The translations under genes and the position numbers were made by a program. A stretch of DNA of 64,000 nt from a virus: positions 3,929 to 67,928 of the IMG/VR virus record IMGVR_UViG_3300047300_000657, one strand, 5' to 3'. Positions 53,201 to 62,194 of this stretch are shown in pieces; positions within the stretch are counted from its first letter, which is position 1, and every line of letters starts with the position of its first letter. The notes beneath the pieces were generated by a model that was not told where the DNA came from, searched no databases, and was given only the letters and a program-made list of their open reading frames with translations.

Positions 53201-56200
53201 CTTAGTAATTGCCCCTTGTCGTTCTTCATATATCCGTAAGGCATTTCTTGATTTAGCGCCTCTGCAAGATAGTTATACATTAAGTTTTGACCACGTGGTG
53301 TTAATCCTGATGATCCAAATAGTTTTCTACCCATTCCAAGACTTAAAGACTTAACTCCCCAAGGAGCAGACTGGAATGATGATGAAGCCTTTTCTCCAGT
53401 AGGACCGAAGCCAGCACCTATGTTTTTCATTAAAATTGATTTGGTTAGCGGACCACCGCCACCAAAATTCATATACCCACCTTTATTTGCAAGAACAAGT
53501 CTTCTACCTGGTGGCATAATCTTCCATTTTTTATTTTGAGTAATTGCTTCTAAAAGCATATTTAAAGCATTACGCTGTTCCTTGCTTGCTAAAGTAGGTT
53601 TAGATTTTGCAAGTTGTGCAGCTGATTTAAATTTTGTATCGTGAGCAAGAGCTGTTGCAATATCATCAACAGTAACCATGCCCTTCATTCCAGCTTTTTC
53701 AATCATTCCGTTAAGAGATGCTATTGCATTTTCTCTTGTAAGGTGAACAATGTCTGGCATTAGACCCTTTTGATCTAATCTATTCATTAATGAATTAAGA
53801 TTGTTTGGAATAACAGCTGCAACACCAAAGAATCCTCTGGAACCCTTTCCTTCAATAGTTCCTCTTCTTCTTACGTGTCCTCTAACGCTACCATTTAAAT
53901 AAGGCACTCCAGCTGAATTTACTCCGCCTGTTTTTGGAATTGATTCAACTGCATCTTTAACGTTAGCAAAATCTGGAGACTTTAACATTAAAGATCTAAT
54001 CTTATTAAGATTTCTATTTAATGCAGTACTTCTTGCAACAGATTGCTTTCCAGCTTTTACATCGAGTCTTAGCTTTTGTTCTCCGCCCAATTTTTCTTCA
54101 AGCATGTCTGTTTGACGCTGTCTAATTCTAACAAATGACTCAAGGTTTCCACGAGCACCCTTATTTGCTTGATCCCAGTTAGCAGTTGCTGTTCGCAGAG
54201 CTTCTTTTGGATCCATATGGTCTGCAAGTTCTGCAGCATCAAGCATAATCATTCTCATACGAATATCATCTTCGTATTGAGGGTTATTTATAAAGTCCAT
54301 GTACTGCTTTAGCTGATCACGCCAGTACGCTTTATTTTCTACCTTGGGGGCAGGATTTCCATAACCAAATTTATTGTATATAACTTTTCCGCCACCTGAG
54401 TATCCGTAGTTTGCAGCATCTACTGCTGCAAATAATGCAGGGTTCTGCTGTATCTTTGGACCAAATACGGTTTCACCTGGAGTAAGCATTGCATCTACTT
54501 TGCCTCCAGAGTTAAATGTGTACTTTGCTTGATCTACTAAATCTTTATTTGCTGGATCCATTGAGGCTGCTTGATTAAGAACATACCCACCAAGTGGCAC
54601 TTGACCCATTCTATCATCATAGTTAATTGATGTAGGGCCAGACACTTTAGTTTTTCCTGGGCCGAATGTCTCTACGCTGCCACCAGAGTTGTACCTACGC
54701 ATATTCTTTGGAACAGTTGTTTCAATACTAAACCCTCCGCCAGATGTTCTGACTCCTAAGTTTCTAGCTATTTCGTCTACTAGTTTTGAAGTATCACTCT
54801 TATGGAATAATTCCTTCATGTTGGATTTTCCGCCTGGGCCAACTACTGGTTGTGTTGTCAAAGGAACTGTTGTCAGATTTATTGTTCTGCCCATTCCAGT
54901 TGCAATTTGTGTTGCAGTTTCTGCCATCATAGCTTCAACTACAGCATTTAATTCCATAATTTTTACACGTGCTTGATCAACAGTCATCTTACCAGCTTGA
55001 AGCTCTTTAACAATTAAAGAAGATTCTTGTGCAGCAAGAGCTGTTAATTCTTGCATCTTTGGCAACATTGCTTGATATGCATCAGATAATGAAGCTGTTA
55101 TTGTTCCAGTTGCAGCTACTTCTGTTTTTAATAATGCTATTTCTTGTTGGCTTTGTGTTGCAATTGCAGCTGTCATAGCATGCCATTTAGCTGCCTCATC
55201 TGCTACAACTCCAGTGCTTACTCCTCTAATAGATGTAAGGCCAGCGACGTGTGGTAGCTCTCCCTGCATATACATTTGAGGGTTTTTGCCAATTCTAACA
55301 TTTACTGGTCCTGGACCTGGAACTGTTCCAAAAATTGTTCCTGGCTGTTGTGATTGAGCTGGAATCATATGTGACATTTGTCTTGAATAAGGTTGTCCAA
55401 TTAATGGGTGATTCTTATCAGCAATTCTTTCACCTATGACTGCTCTTTCAGCTGGACTTTGTACTAATGGGTTGCCCGCCATAGTATTGAATGTTTGAGA
55501 TACTGCAACACTAGAAGATAATGCTTTATCCTTTAATACATCAAAAGATTGAGCTAAAGACTCAACAGCAGTTTTTAATGTTGCTGTTGCTTTTGCGTCG
55601 TTATAAAATGATTGCTCTAATAATGAACCTGCTTTAGATGCAGCCATGATTTCTGGTGTAAGTAACTTGAACCCATCTCCGCCTCTAAACAGATTCTTTA
55701 AATGGAATACTCCCTTAATTACGTAACCAAAGAAGTTGCCAAGTACACCCGTAAGCATAATAAGTGGACCAGCTAATGCTGTTAGTCCTCCCATAAGTGT
55801 CAAAAGATTTTTAACTGGCCCTGGAAGCTTGTCTACAAACTTTACGATTCCATCAATTGTTTGCAAAACAAATGTATTAATTTTTAAGAAAGACTCGCCT
55901 ACAGCTGCAAGATCAGCTTTAACTGTTTCTAATGCTCTTCTATACTTACCAGAGGCTGATTCAGTCATTGCTGATAATTCTCGTGCTGATATGTTTGCAA
56001 GATCTGTTGTACTTGCTTTCATTAGGTCAATAACCTGTAATGTTTGAGATCCCTCTTTGCCCAAGTTCTCAAACAAAGCAGACATTCTTGCGTATTGGAA
56101 CTTTCCAAATAACTGCTCAATTGCTCTGGACTTGCTTAATGGATCTAGTGTGTCTAGTGCTGCTTGCAAATCAAGAATAGTTTGTGTAAGATTTCCTGCA

Positions 56201-57417
56201 TTTTTATTAACGATGCCTGACAAGTCTATACCCATGTCATTAAACATTCCTATTGCAACTTTTGTTGGGTTGATCAAAGAAGCCATTGCTGACTTAATTG
56301 CGTTTGCTCCTTCTGCTGCGTTAACTCCGCCTTCTTTCATAGCTGTAAGATAAAGAGCTAAATCTTTTATATCTCCGCCAAGTGATTTGACTACTGGACC
56401 AGCTTTTGGAATAGCTTCAACTAAATCTGCAAGAGATGTAGATGTTTGGTTTTCAACTGCGTTAAGGAAGTCAATTGACTGTGTTAATCCTTCTGTATTT
56501 TGTTTAAATGCAGTTTGAATAGCAAGAGTTGCTTTCATCGCTTCTTGTCTATCAACTTCACCCAATACTGCTAATCTCGTTGTTTCAGCTGTTGATGATA
56601 TTAAGTCTTTTCCTTCTTTACCCGTTGCAGCTATATCCGCTGCAAGAGCAATAGTATCCCTATATGAAACTCCATAGGCAGATGCTAATTCTTTTGCAGT
56701 ATTTTTTACATCTTCTCTAACTTGTGCAAGCTGTTCTTGTGTTGTTGCACCTAGTCCGCCGTAAACCTTTGTTAATCTTACAAGTTCTGCATCTGCTTCT
56801 CTAAATGCTTTTGAGGCAGCTGCACCAAATGCTGCCATAGGGACTGTTAATCCTACAGTTAACTGACGACCAGCCCACTGTGTATTTTTACCCCAGTTAA
56901 TAAGTTGGTTTGCACCATCTTGCATAACTTTATTAAGAATTGCAGCTTCTTGTCTTGCTAATGCTGTTTTGTTTTTAATTGTGTCCAGGCCTTGGGCAAC
57001 GTGAACATTGTATTGCATAAGTCCCTGAGCATTTTTACCCAGTGGCTGGAGAATTGCATTCTCCATTAAAACTTGTTGTTTTGCTAAATCTTTGACTAAA
57101 GAATTAGTTTTTCGTGCATGTCCTTGCCAAGTGTTAAAGTACTGGCTTAGCTTCATTCTGCCAGAATCTAGGTTCTTTCCAAACTTATCTACGTCTGATG
57201 TTAGAGTAACAAAGTGTGTTGAAAATTGCCCAGTTGATCGTAATGTTTCTGCAAATGAACGATTCATTATACCTATCTGATTAGATAGGTTTTTGTTAAG
57301 GCCGATTGTTGTAGTTTGAAGCTTTATGAGTTCGGCAGTAATTGCCTGTAACTGCGCTGTTAGGCTAGAAAAATTAGCCGTCGCAGTTATGTTGGTATTA
57401 ATATGTTGCTCTGCCAA
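50215..57417 (-). CDS. tape measure protein
   Basis: 2400 aa, helical; TP901-type core (LNAVEN.T...L.DL.EAIPK); follows the tail chaperones. Confidence 0.93.
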   Translation of the reverse strand: MAEQHINTNITATANFSSLTAQLQAITAELIKLQTTTIGLNKNLSNQIGIMNRSFAETLRSTGQFSTHFVTLTSDVDKFGKNLDSGRMKLSQYFNTWQGHARKTNSLVKDLAKQQVLMENAILQPLGKNAQGLMQYNVHVAQGLDTIKNKTALARQEAAILNKVMQDGANQLINWGKNTQWAGRQLTVGLTVPMAAFGAAASKAFREADAELVRLTKVYGGLGATTQEQLAQVREDVKNTAKELASAYGVSYRDTIALAADIAATGKEGKDLISSTAETTRLAVLGEVDRQEAMKATLAIQTAFKQNTEGLTQSIDFLNAVENQTSTSLADLVEAIPKAGPVVKSLGGDIKDLALYLTAMKEGGVNAAEGANAIKSAMASLINPTKVAIGMFNDMGIDLSGIVNKNAGNLTQTILDLQAALDTLDPLSKSRAIEQLFGKFQYARMSALFENLGKEGSQTLQVIDLMKASTTDLANISARELSAMTESASGKYRRALETVKADLAAVGESFLKINTFVLQTIDGIVKFVDKLPGPVKNLLTLMGGLTALAGPLIMLTGVLGNFFGYVIKGVFHLKNLFRGGDGFKLLTPEIMAASKAGSLLEQSFYNDAKATATLKTAVESLAQSFDVLKDKALSSSVAVSQTFNTMAGNPLVQSPAERAVIGERIADKNHPLIGQPYSRQMSHMIPAQSQQPGTIFGTVPGPGPVNVRIGKNPQMYMQGELPHVAGLTSIRGVSTGVVADEAAKWHAMTAAIATQSQQEIALLKTEVAATGTITASLSDAYQAMLPKMQELTALAAQESSLIVKELQAGKMTVDQARVKIMELNAVVEAMMAETATQIATGMGRTINLTTVPLTTQPVVGPGGKSNMKELFHKSDTSKLVDEIARNLGVRTSGGGFSIETTVPKNMRRYNSGGSVETFGPGKTKVSGPTSINYDDRMGQVPLGGYVLNQAASMDPANKDLVDQAKYTFNSGGKVDAMLTPGETVFGPKIQQNPALFAAVDAANYGYSGGGKVIYNKFGYGNPAPKVENKAYWRDQLKQYMDFINNPQYEDDIRMRMIMLDAAELADHMDPKEALRTATANWDQANKGARGNLESFVRIRQRQTDMLEEKLGGEQKLRLDVKAGKQSVARSTALNRNLNKIRSLMLKSPDFANVKDAVESIPKTGGVNSAGVPYLNGSVRGHVRRRGTIEGKGSRGFFGVAAVIPNNLNSLMNRLDQKGLMPDIVHLTRENAIASLNGMIEKAGMKGMVTVDDIATALAHDTKFKSAAQLAKSKPTLASKEQRNALNMLLEAITQNKKWKIMPPGRRLVLANKGGYMNFGGGGPLTKSILMKNIGAGFGPTGEKASSSFQSAPWGVKSLSLGMGRKLFGSSGLTPRGQNLMYNYLAEALNQEMPYGYMKNDKGQLLRAVEPETLDLMIRQAARSTLASGDKRLSQIDRKILREKYTSWDAKGWTPSTKKVRQQMFGFNNGGPVGYGMGGVIGKMLMSGVLSSVGFPLGSSLGSKVGGDMGGMMGGMLLSTLLGGIPFAGASMPTMKRSGNLEGPRMENGSFFSNQSAITKPLPGMEKMSTKLASLGANGGKFAGVLGRMGGLLSKLPMLINPAGLAIAGVTAALAIGIKRWGDHNEHLRIGMTQYSLTADAAQKAGLKFKDYNAAMKSVVESAQALREKNQLIYESLMSANQPIEMTIEEYKKLKKEVKDVFADQIKLINQTKGDKNLKNVAVDLKNQFIAAGMSSEEATKKIYAMFKVSKQSASALLATVSSPEFTKIVDASSAAVSSVSNYSRSARQGGREGAGAVQTSMTAMDTAVQDIISKSRKAAAKDKTGNTKVLTELQAEQQLTEKINKAKGSGAKITQETINELAKQNPLIRKFASTQDTVLSLWQKVRLQAKGYSGDLSELNAKQTAALLAMANSVSSSVETKNKEGLLKSNYDYLEKLTAQQKKLIAAQKGASVQQQINTRDQLRSLQKQIDLNNKLAESRLKALDLAKQEGDLARELEKKRAAYEAAVATGNTAEAQQLSLDMQGIQKEMQYNSQRSAIENARDAANKPLQAKIDAINAAQEKMGDAAALAGEGLAKLNDKIAKEKQKIDEVNNAMTALAVNAAAAGMTLEEYVKSSKEAQKQATRVEAAARGAGIKTTAGQGATSSTVTYTPGSGVTVVPGSKGKTAVQSGLDLMTDPKNGIAASIAAGLEKNGIQMGSGDIYINGKKVDMPQSGGVKSIGSSVVSTTVGFGTSKTTTSSVSPMSLNNAGIPLTVGTKFKDKSGKEWKISGNASSSTGWNVPVVKAGYGLQKIDPNKLTIVGDRGMEAIYQNMVIPNISSVPYASPRFDIKNSNLMATGQSGQQYGNMVYEQHIHATDGMNEAQLISMAKAAAIDVFQNASKSNKMMIGESKNIRVKRS

Positions 57418-57423
57418 CTGTCA

Positions 57424-57789
57424 TTACTCCTTGCGGTATCCGAGTCCTGCTCCAATACCGAATCCAGCATCTGCTGCAAAATCTCCTTGTAATGATACCA
57501 CATCATCTGATCTAGCATCGATTCCAAGGGCCTTTCTTTTTATGTCATCAAAAGTTTTAGTTTCTCTGACAGGTTCATCTAGCTCAACACCTTGCAATGA
57601 TGCTAGAAACTTTCTTTCTTCCATTTCCTTATCTCTTTTTGAGTTAAGTGTTTGTAAGAGTTCTGGCATTGAAAGATTTTCTTCTAACTCCTGGTAATTC
57701 TTCCAATGTCCAAGGAGAAATACTTCTCCCTCTAAAGCGGCTAAGTCTAGATCTGACCAGCCAGAACCGCTGCCGCTGCTAGGTTTGGG
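57424..57789 (-). CDS. tail assembly chaperone, -1 frameshift extension (gpT equivalent)
   Basis: open -1 frame from CCCAAAC: PSSGSGSGWSDLDLAALEGEVFLLGHWKNYQELEENLSMPELL. Confidence 0.8.
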   Translation of the reverse strand, partial: PKPSSGSGSGWSDLDLAALEGEVFLLGHWKNYQELEENLSMPELLQTLNSKRDKEMEERKFLASLQGVELDEPVRETKTFDDIKRKALGIDARSDDVVSLQGDFAADAGFGIGAGLGYRKE

Positions 57790-58079
57790 TCGTCAAGCTT
57801 AATCCCACCGCAAACCTCAAGAATCCTATTAATTGTAGGAACATCTAATGCATCTTCTAATGCATCTCTATCTGCTACTAAATCTGGTAGCTGCTTTTCT
57901 AATGCAATTGCACATGCATCAATAAGGATATCTAAAGTTTTTTCTTCTTCTGTAACACTTCCAACTGCTTGGATTGAAACCATAAATCGTCTTAGCTCTT
58001 TAATTGAAAGAGGCTTAAGCTTAACGGTCTTGCCGTTCTGTAACGTAATTTCTTCTACGTCGTATACTGTTGTTGCCAA
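57747..58079 (-). CDS. tail assembly chaperone (gpG equivalent)
   Basis: between major tail and tape measure genes; ends DDPNL at the slippery site. Confidence 0.85.
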   Translation of the reverse strand: MATTVYDVEEITLQNGKTVKLKPLSIKELRRFMVSIQAVGSVTEEEKTLDILIDACAIALEKQLPDLVADRDALEDALDVPTINRILEVCGGIKLDDPNLAAAAVLAGQI

Positions 58080-58142
58080 TTTATCCTCCTAAGGATCGTC
58101 TCATTTATTGTATCATAATGTATTTACGAGCACAAGTAGAAG

Positions 58143-58164
58143 GCCCCCTAATTTCTTAGGGGGC
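58143..58164 (-). terminator. terminator after the major tail gene
   Basis: GCCCCCTAATTTCTTAGGGGGC hairpin, identical to 62150-62171. Confidence 0.75.
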
Positions 58165-58185
58165 CCATAAATAACTAATTAGTTA

Positions 58186-58872
58186 TTATACTGTAAGGAC
58201 ACGGTCTACGATGAATCCGTATTCCTGACCTGCGTTTGCTGAATCTCCTGATGGAAGCAAACGGAATGTTACTGGGAATGTTGTCGCTGCGTTACGAGCC
58301 AAAGAGAACTGTGACTGTTGTACAGAGAGAACACGACGTGCATAGTATACACGCTCAGTTGCTGTTGCTTCTGATGTTGGAGCTTGTCCAACTGCAATTA
58401 GCTGACGCTCTGTTGGAGCTTCACCAAGTGCACCAGCTGCAAGACCAAGCTTATCCTGTGCGGTTAGGCCTGTTCCTGTTGATGCAAGTGTTGTTGAACG
58501 CTGACCAAATACTGCAAGAACGTTCTCAAGAGTACCTTCTGCCATTTCTGTTGCGATCATAACTTCCATAGATTCCTTGAAAAGCTTAGCTGTGTCAAGG
58601 AGCTGGTCAACTGTAACAGAACCGTATGATGGGTTATATGTTACCTGAAGACCGTTGTTGGTGTAACCAACGTTTCGGTATCCGAAATCTCCTGCTACCT
58701 GATCAATGCCGTTAAGTGTTGTTGTGAAAGACTCTCCAGATACGAAAGCATAATCGCCTTGACCTGGTTCAGCATTGTCAACATAGTCAGCGTCGGTTAC
58801 GTCAATGTTTGAAATAAACAGCGGTGAAGCACCGACAAGAATATTTTTGGCATTACCTACGTTTTGTGCCAT
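58186..58872 (-). CDS. major tail protein
   Basis: NILVGA, VGYT..G...Y.P, VDQ.LD, T.MAE.TLEN, FPVTFRLLP. Confidence 0.88.
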   Translation of the reverse strand: MAQNVGNAKNILVGASPLFISNIDVTDADYVDNAEPGQGDYAFVSGESFTTTLNGIDQVAGDFGYRNVGYTNNGLQVTYNPSYGSVTVDQLLDTAKLFKESMEVMIATEMAEGTLENVLAVFGQRSTTLASTGTGLTAQDKLGLAAGALGEAPTERQLIAVGQAPTSEATATERVYYARRVLSVQQSQFSLARNAATTFPVTFRLLPSGDSANAGQEYGFIVDRVLTV

Positions 58873-58986
58873 GTTTTACTACCTCCTGTAAAATGAATAT
58901 ATATATATATTTATTTCCAAATTCAAAAGCTGGCTAGGCTTTTTTCCTCTTAGCTAATTTTAGTGTATAATTCGCTACAAAGCAAA

Positions 58987-59493
58987 CTAGTCAAATCGTC
59001 CTAGTTGACCAGTTGTCCTTGAGTATTTTACCTCTAACACTATATCTGATGCAAGGAAGCCCTGGAGCTCTTCTGAGGGCTCTGTAGGGGTGATTTCAGC
59101 CACGTATGTGCTATGGAATTTAAGCTTATCTGTAGATCTAGAAGCATTTAAATCCCTAGCAGAATCGTCCATTCTTCTAAATACGTCAATCATTAGGTTT
59201 CTAATAGTATTAATTTCGTTATAATCAATTGAATATACGGTAAATAAAATTTTGTCTGTACATATCATCCAGTTTTCTTCGTAAGATGTACTTATCTTAT
59301 CATACACAATATGTGTTTTACCACTTAAAAACTGATCCATTTCTGCCTGTTGCTGAACTGGCAAAATAGGAACAACCTCAGCAGATATACTGTCAAGGTA
59401 ATAATTAGATGGATCAATAATGTTATTGTCTACAATCTCATTCCATAGGTGTCTTCTCACCTCATACATTGCATCTATTGAATAGTCTGTCAT
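58987..59493 (-). CDS. putative tail terminator protein
   Basis: position immediately upstream of the major tail gene. Confidence 0.6.
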   Translation of the reverse strand: MTDYSIDAMYEVRRHLWNEIVDNNIIDPSNYYLDSISAEVVPILPVQQQAEMDQFLSGKTHIVYDKISTSYEENWMICTDKILFTVYSIDYNEINTIRNLMIDVFRRMDDSARDLNASRSTDKLKFHSTYVAEITPTEPSEELQGFLASDIVLEVKYSRTTGQLGRFD

Positions 59494-60284
59494 TATAATA
59501 CCCCTCCAAATTCTTTTACAAGTGCTGCGTTTGCTTCCGCCCTAATAGCATTTGGAGAAAATGAATATCTAACCTTTTTAATTGATGAAGGTGCTCCTAA
59601 TGATTTAATTATCTTTGTTCCAAATATTTGTTCAAATCCAGAATTTTTAATTGCAGAACTAACTAGCTGTCCAGAAAAATATCTTGAATAGGCAAGGTCA
59701 AATTGATTCTTAACACCGCTTCCTCCAGGTCGTTTAACCAAAACCGATGCGCCCTTAGGCATAAATACAGTTGATCCGTTCATTTCAAATACGAGTCTCT
59801 CAGCAGATTTAGGTCTTATAACAATAGGCATTCCTTTTTCCATGACGCTTGCTTTGTGTGCAAACCTATATTTATTTTTTTGCATTTTGTTTTTTGATGG
59901 TACATTTGATCTTGATAGTTTAAAATCATAATTAACTTTAAAAGAAAGTCCTGGAGCATTAATAGAAGTTAGTTTAAATAAACGAGAAGTTGGCTTTCCA
60001 ACCCTGTCCCACTCATAGACGTGGTGTAATGATCTTGGAGAAATTCTTGCTTTTGCATCTATGTACTCTCCAAACTCTTTTTCAATTTGATTAAATATTG
60101 TTGTTTTAAACAGTTGCTTAAACCCTTTATTCTGTTCAAGGTTTGCTAAAACATTTGCCTGATAATATATTAATGCAGAAACTTGTGCAACAGTGCTATC
60201 TTTAATTGGACCGCTTTGTGGTACACCAACCATCAGTCTTTCGAGACCGCTGGCTGCTTGAAGCAATGCTACATTAGATGCCAA
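59493..60284 (-). CDS. neck / tail-completion region protein
   Basis: position; HHVYEW motif; TTG start. Confidence 0.6.
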   Translation of the reverse strand: MASNVALLQAASGLERLMVGVPQSGPIKDSTVAQVSALIYYQANVLANLEQNKGFKQLFKTTIFNQIEKEFGEYIDAKARISPRSLHHVYEWDRVGKPTSRLFKLTSINAPGLSFKVNYDFKLSRSNVPSKNKMQKNKYRFAHKASVMEKGMPIVIRPKSAERLVFEMNGSTVFMPKGASVLVKRPGGSGVKNQFDLAYSRYFSGQLVSSAIKNSGFEQIFGTKIIKSLGAPSSIKKVRYSFSPNAIRAEANAALVKEFGGVL

Positions 60285-60699
60285 TTTGTTGGTTCTCCGA
60301 TCTCTTTGCACTACTGCTATAACCAATTAAGTTCCCAAATGGATCCATTATTGGTGTGGTGCCGACTATCTCAAATACTGTTGGGGTATCTGATGGGTAA
60401 TCAAGCTCAGTCCACAAATATTGTCCGTCTTTGTTTCTAATATTTGTTATTTTTTGTCTTAGGCTTAATTTATTAATTGTTCTAATTTGTAAGGTCTGTT
60501 CATTTTTGTATTTAGTATTTAATATCTGCTGATCGCTTCCTCTAACAGAAGTTGAGTTTCCAATTACAGCTTTTACGTGACAATCAATTGTTGTTGAATA
60601 ATTCCATTCACGTTTAATTGCGCCTGTATTTTCATCTTGAAGGTCAGACTGTACGTATATATCTAGCTTCATAGGAAGAACGGAGCTTACAATGTCCAT
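60274..60699 (-). CDS. putative head-tail stopper
   Basis: Q...TGAI.R.W; position after the adaptor. Confidence 0.6.
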   Translation of the reverse strand: MDIVSSVLPMKLDIYVQSDLQDENTGAIKREWNYSTTIDCHVKAVIGNSTSVRGSDQQILNTKYKNEQTLQIRTINKLSLRQKITNIRNKDGQYLWTELDYPSDTPTVFEIVGTTPIMDPFGNLIGYSSSAKRSENQQIGI

Positions 60700-61689
60700 T
60701 TAGAACGCCACCATGCCGTTAATAACGTATGGCGTTAATAACTGGTCTGCATAAAGATTGCCTGTTCCTCTGTGTGCATCTTCCATGAAGTCAAACTTCC
60801 AGTCAAATGTGCTTATTGACTTGATATACTTATTTCTCCAAGCAGAATCTTTTTCAAAGAACTGGCCAATAAGAACTATGCAGGCCTCTTCCACATTGTC
60901 TGGAACTGAACTCCATCCAAATCTGCCGTTTACTTGATATCTTGCATCTTTCTTAAATGCGCCAGAGAAACCTCTATCGTAAATCGATGGAGGAGTATAT
61001 CCGTTTGCTGAATATATGGTATTGTCATAAAAATTTTGTTTATTAACTCTTATACCAAATCCAGACTCAGATATGATCGGGTCGTATATCCAGTTACTTG
61101 TACCGTTAATTTTATCTACAAGTAATCTATCATTTTCGTAAAGCTCGTGGACTTCATGAACCTTAAACGGCATTGGAAGGATGTCTGCTCCATATCCGTA
61201 AACAATTTGTACATCATCATATAAATAAAAGAATTGAGATGTATAAATTTCAATCAGCTTTCTGGCATACTTTTCTGCCATCTGAACCTCATGATAAGTT
61301 CTATAATTTGGGTCAGACGGGTCTGATCCTAAATTTAAATCTTCCCATACATCTGAAAGATTTGCGTATGGAGTTACAACATCTGTATAGTATGTATGTG
61401 CTGCATCATTTCCATCTATTGAATATGACCATACTATTTTAAACTTTCTATTCCTTAAACAATATTCTAAAGGTATTACAATTTGATAAGAACCTATGTC
61501 TGTCTCTAGCTTTGTAGCCTCTAATATTGTTACGGGTGTGTTTGGATTAACAGTTGGATTAACCGTGTTATCCTCTGTTATATCATATACTGTTGCAATA
61601 ACGTCGTCGTTATCAGCATCAACTATTTCTCCACCCCAGAATATCTTTGTTTTTATTGGGGCTGTTTGATCTTTGTATATCTCAGCCAT
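60700..61689 (-). CDS. head-tail adaptor
   Basis: TPYA...AR..IE.YT.Q.F...G.FGW..VP..V..A...TGN..AD.LL. Confidence 0.75.
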   Translation of the reverse strand: MAEIYKDQTAPIKTKIFWGGEIVDADNDDVIATVYDITEDNTVNPTVNPNTPVTILEATKLETDIGSYQIVIPLEYCLRNRKFKIVWSYSIDGNDAAHTYYTDVVTPYANLSDVWEDLNLGSDPSDPNYRTYHEVQMAEKYARKLIEIYTSQFFYLYDDVQIVYGYGADILPMPFKVHEVHELYENDRLLVDKINGTSNWIYDPIISESGFGIRVNKQNFYDNTIYSANGYTPPSIYDRGFSGAFKKDARYQVNGRFGWSSVPDNVEEACIVLIGQFFEKDSAWRNKYIKSISTFDWKFDFMEDAHRGTGNLYADQLLTPYVINGMVAF

Positions 61690-61698
61690 TTATTTTGC

Positions 61699-62094
61699 TT
61701 AGCCGTAGAACTCCTGAACTTCTTTAGGTGTTGCTAAACGGAAGCCTCCCTCTTTATCAAAAATTTTTTGAGCATTATCTTCTGGCATTGCTACAAAAGG
61801 ATGATCCTTTGTGAAAGTATACCCTAAGATATCGTAACGCATATTTGCTCTTGTCATTCTTACCAATACTGAGTCTGCTGGAACCCCGTCCTTAACATTA
61901 AATTTAGGCAAAATTTCAATCTCCTCTGTATTTTCAGCAACATCTTTAATTGTTGCTTGGTACACGTCCCATGTGACGCCTTCTTCAGCCATCGCTGCGA
62001 TAATATCTTGCTTGTTCTTTAAGCCCTCCGTATCAACAGCAAATTCGGTTGCTATTGTCTTAAGCTCTGCTACCTTTAGTTTGTCAAATGACAT
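61699..62094 (-). CDS. head-region protein with N-terminal helix-extension-helix-like motif
   Basis: LKVAELK.IA..F.V......K.DII. Confidence 0.65.
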   Translation of the reverse strand: MSFDKLKVAELKTIATEFAVDTEGLKNKQDIIAAMAEEGVTWDVYQATIKDVAENTEEIEILPKFNVKDGVPADSVLVRMTRANMRYDILGYTFTKDHPFVAMPEDNAQKIFDKEGGFRLATPKEVQEFYG

Positions 62095-62149
62095 ATTTTC
62101 TCCTTACTCTAGGTACATTAATTATAGCATTAAGAAATTAAAATGAAAA

Positions 62150-62171
62150 GCCCCCTAATTTCTTAGGGGGC
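62150..62171 (-). terminator. terminator after the major capsid gene
   Basis: GC hairpin plus TTTT. Confidence 0.8.
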
Positions 62172-62194
62172 CTCCAATGGTTATCTTAAATTAA

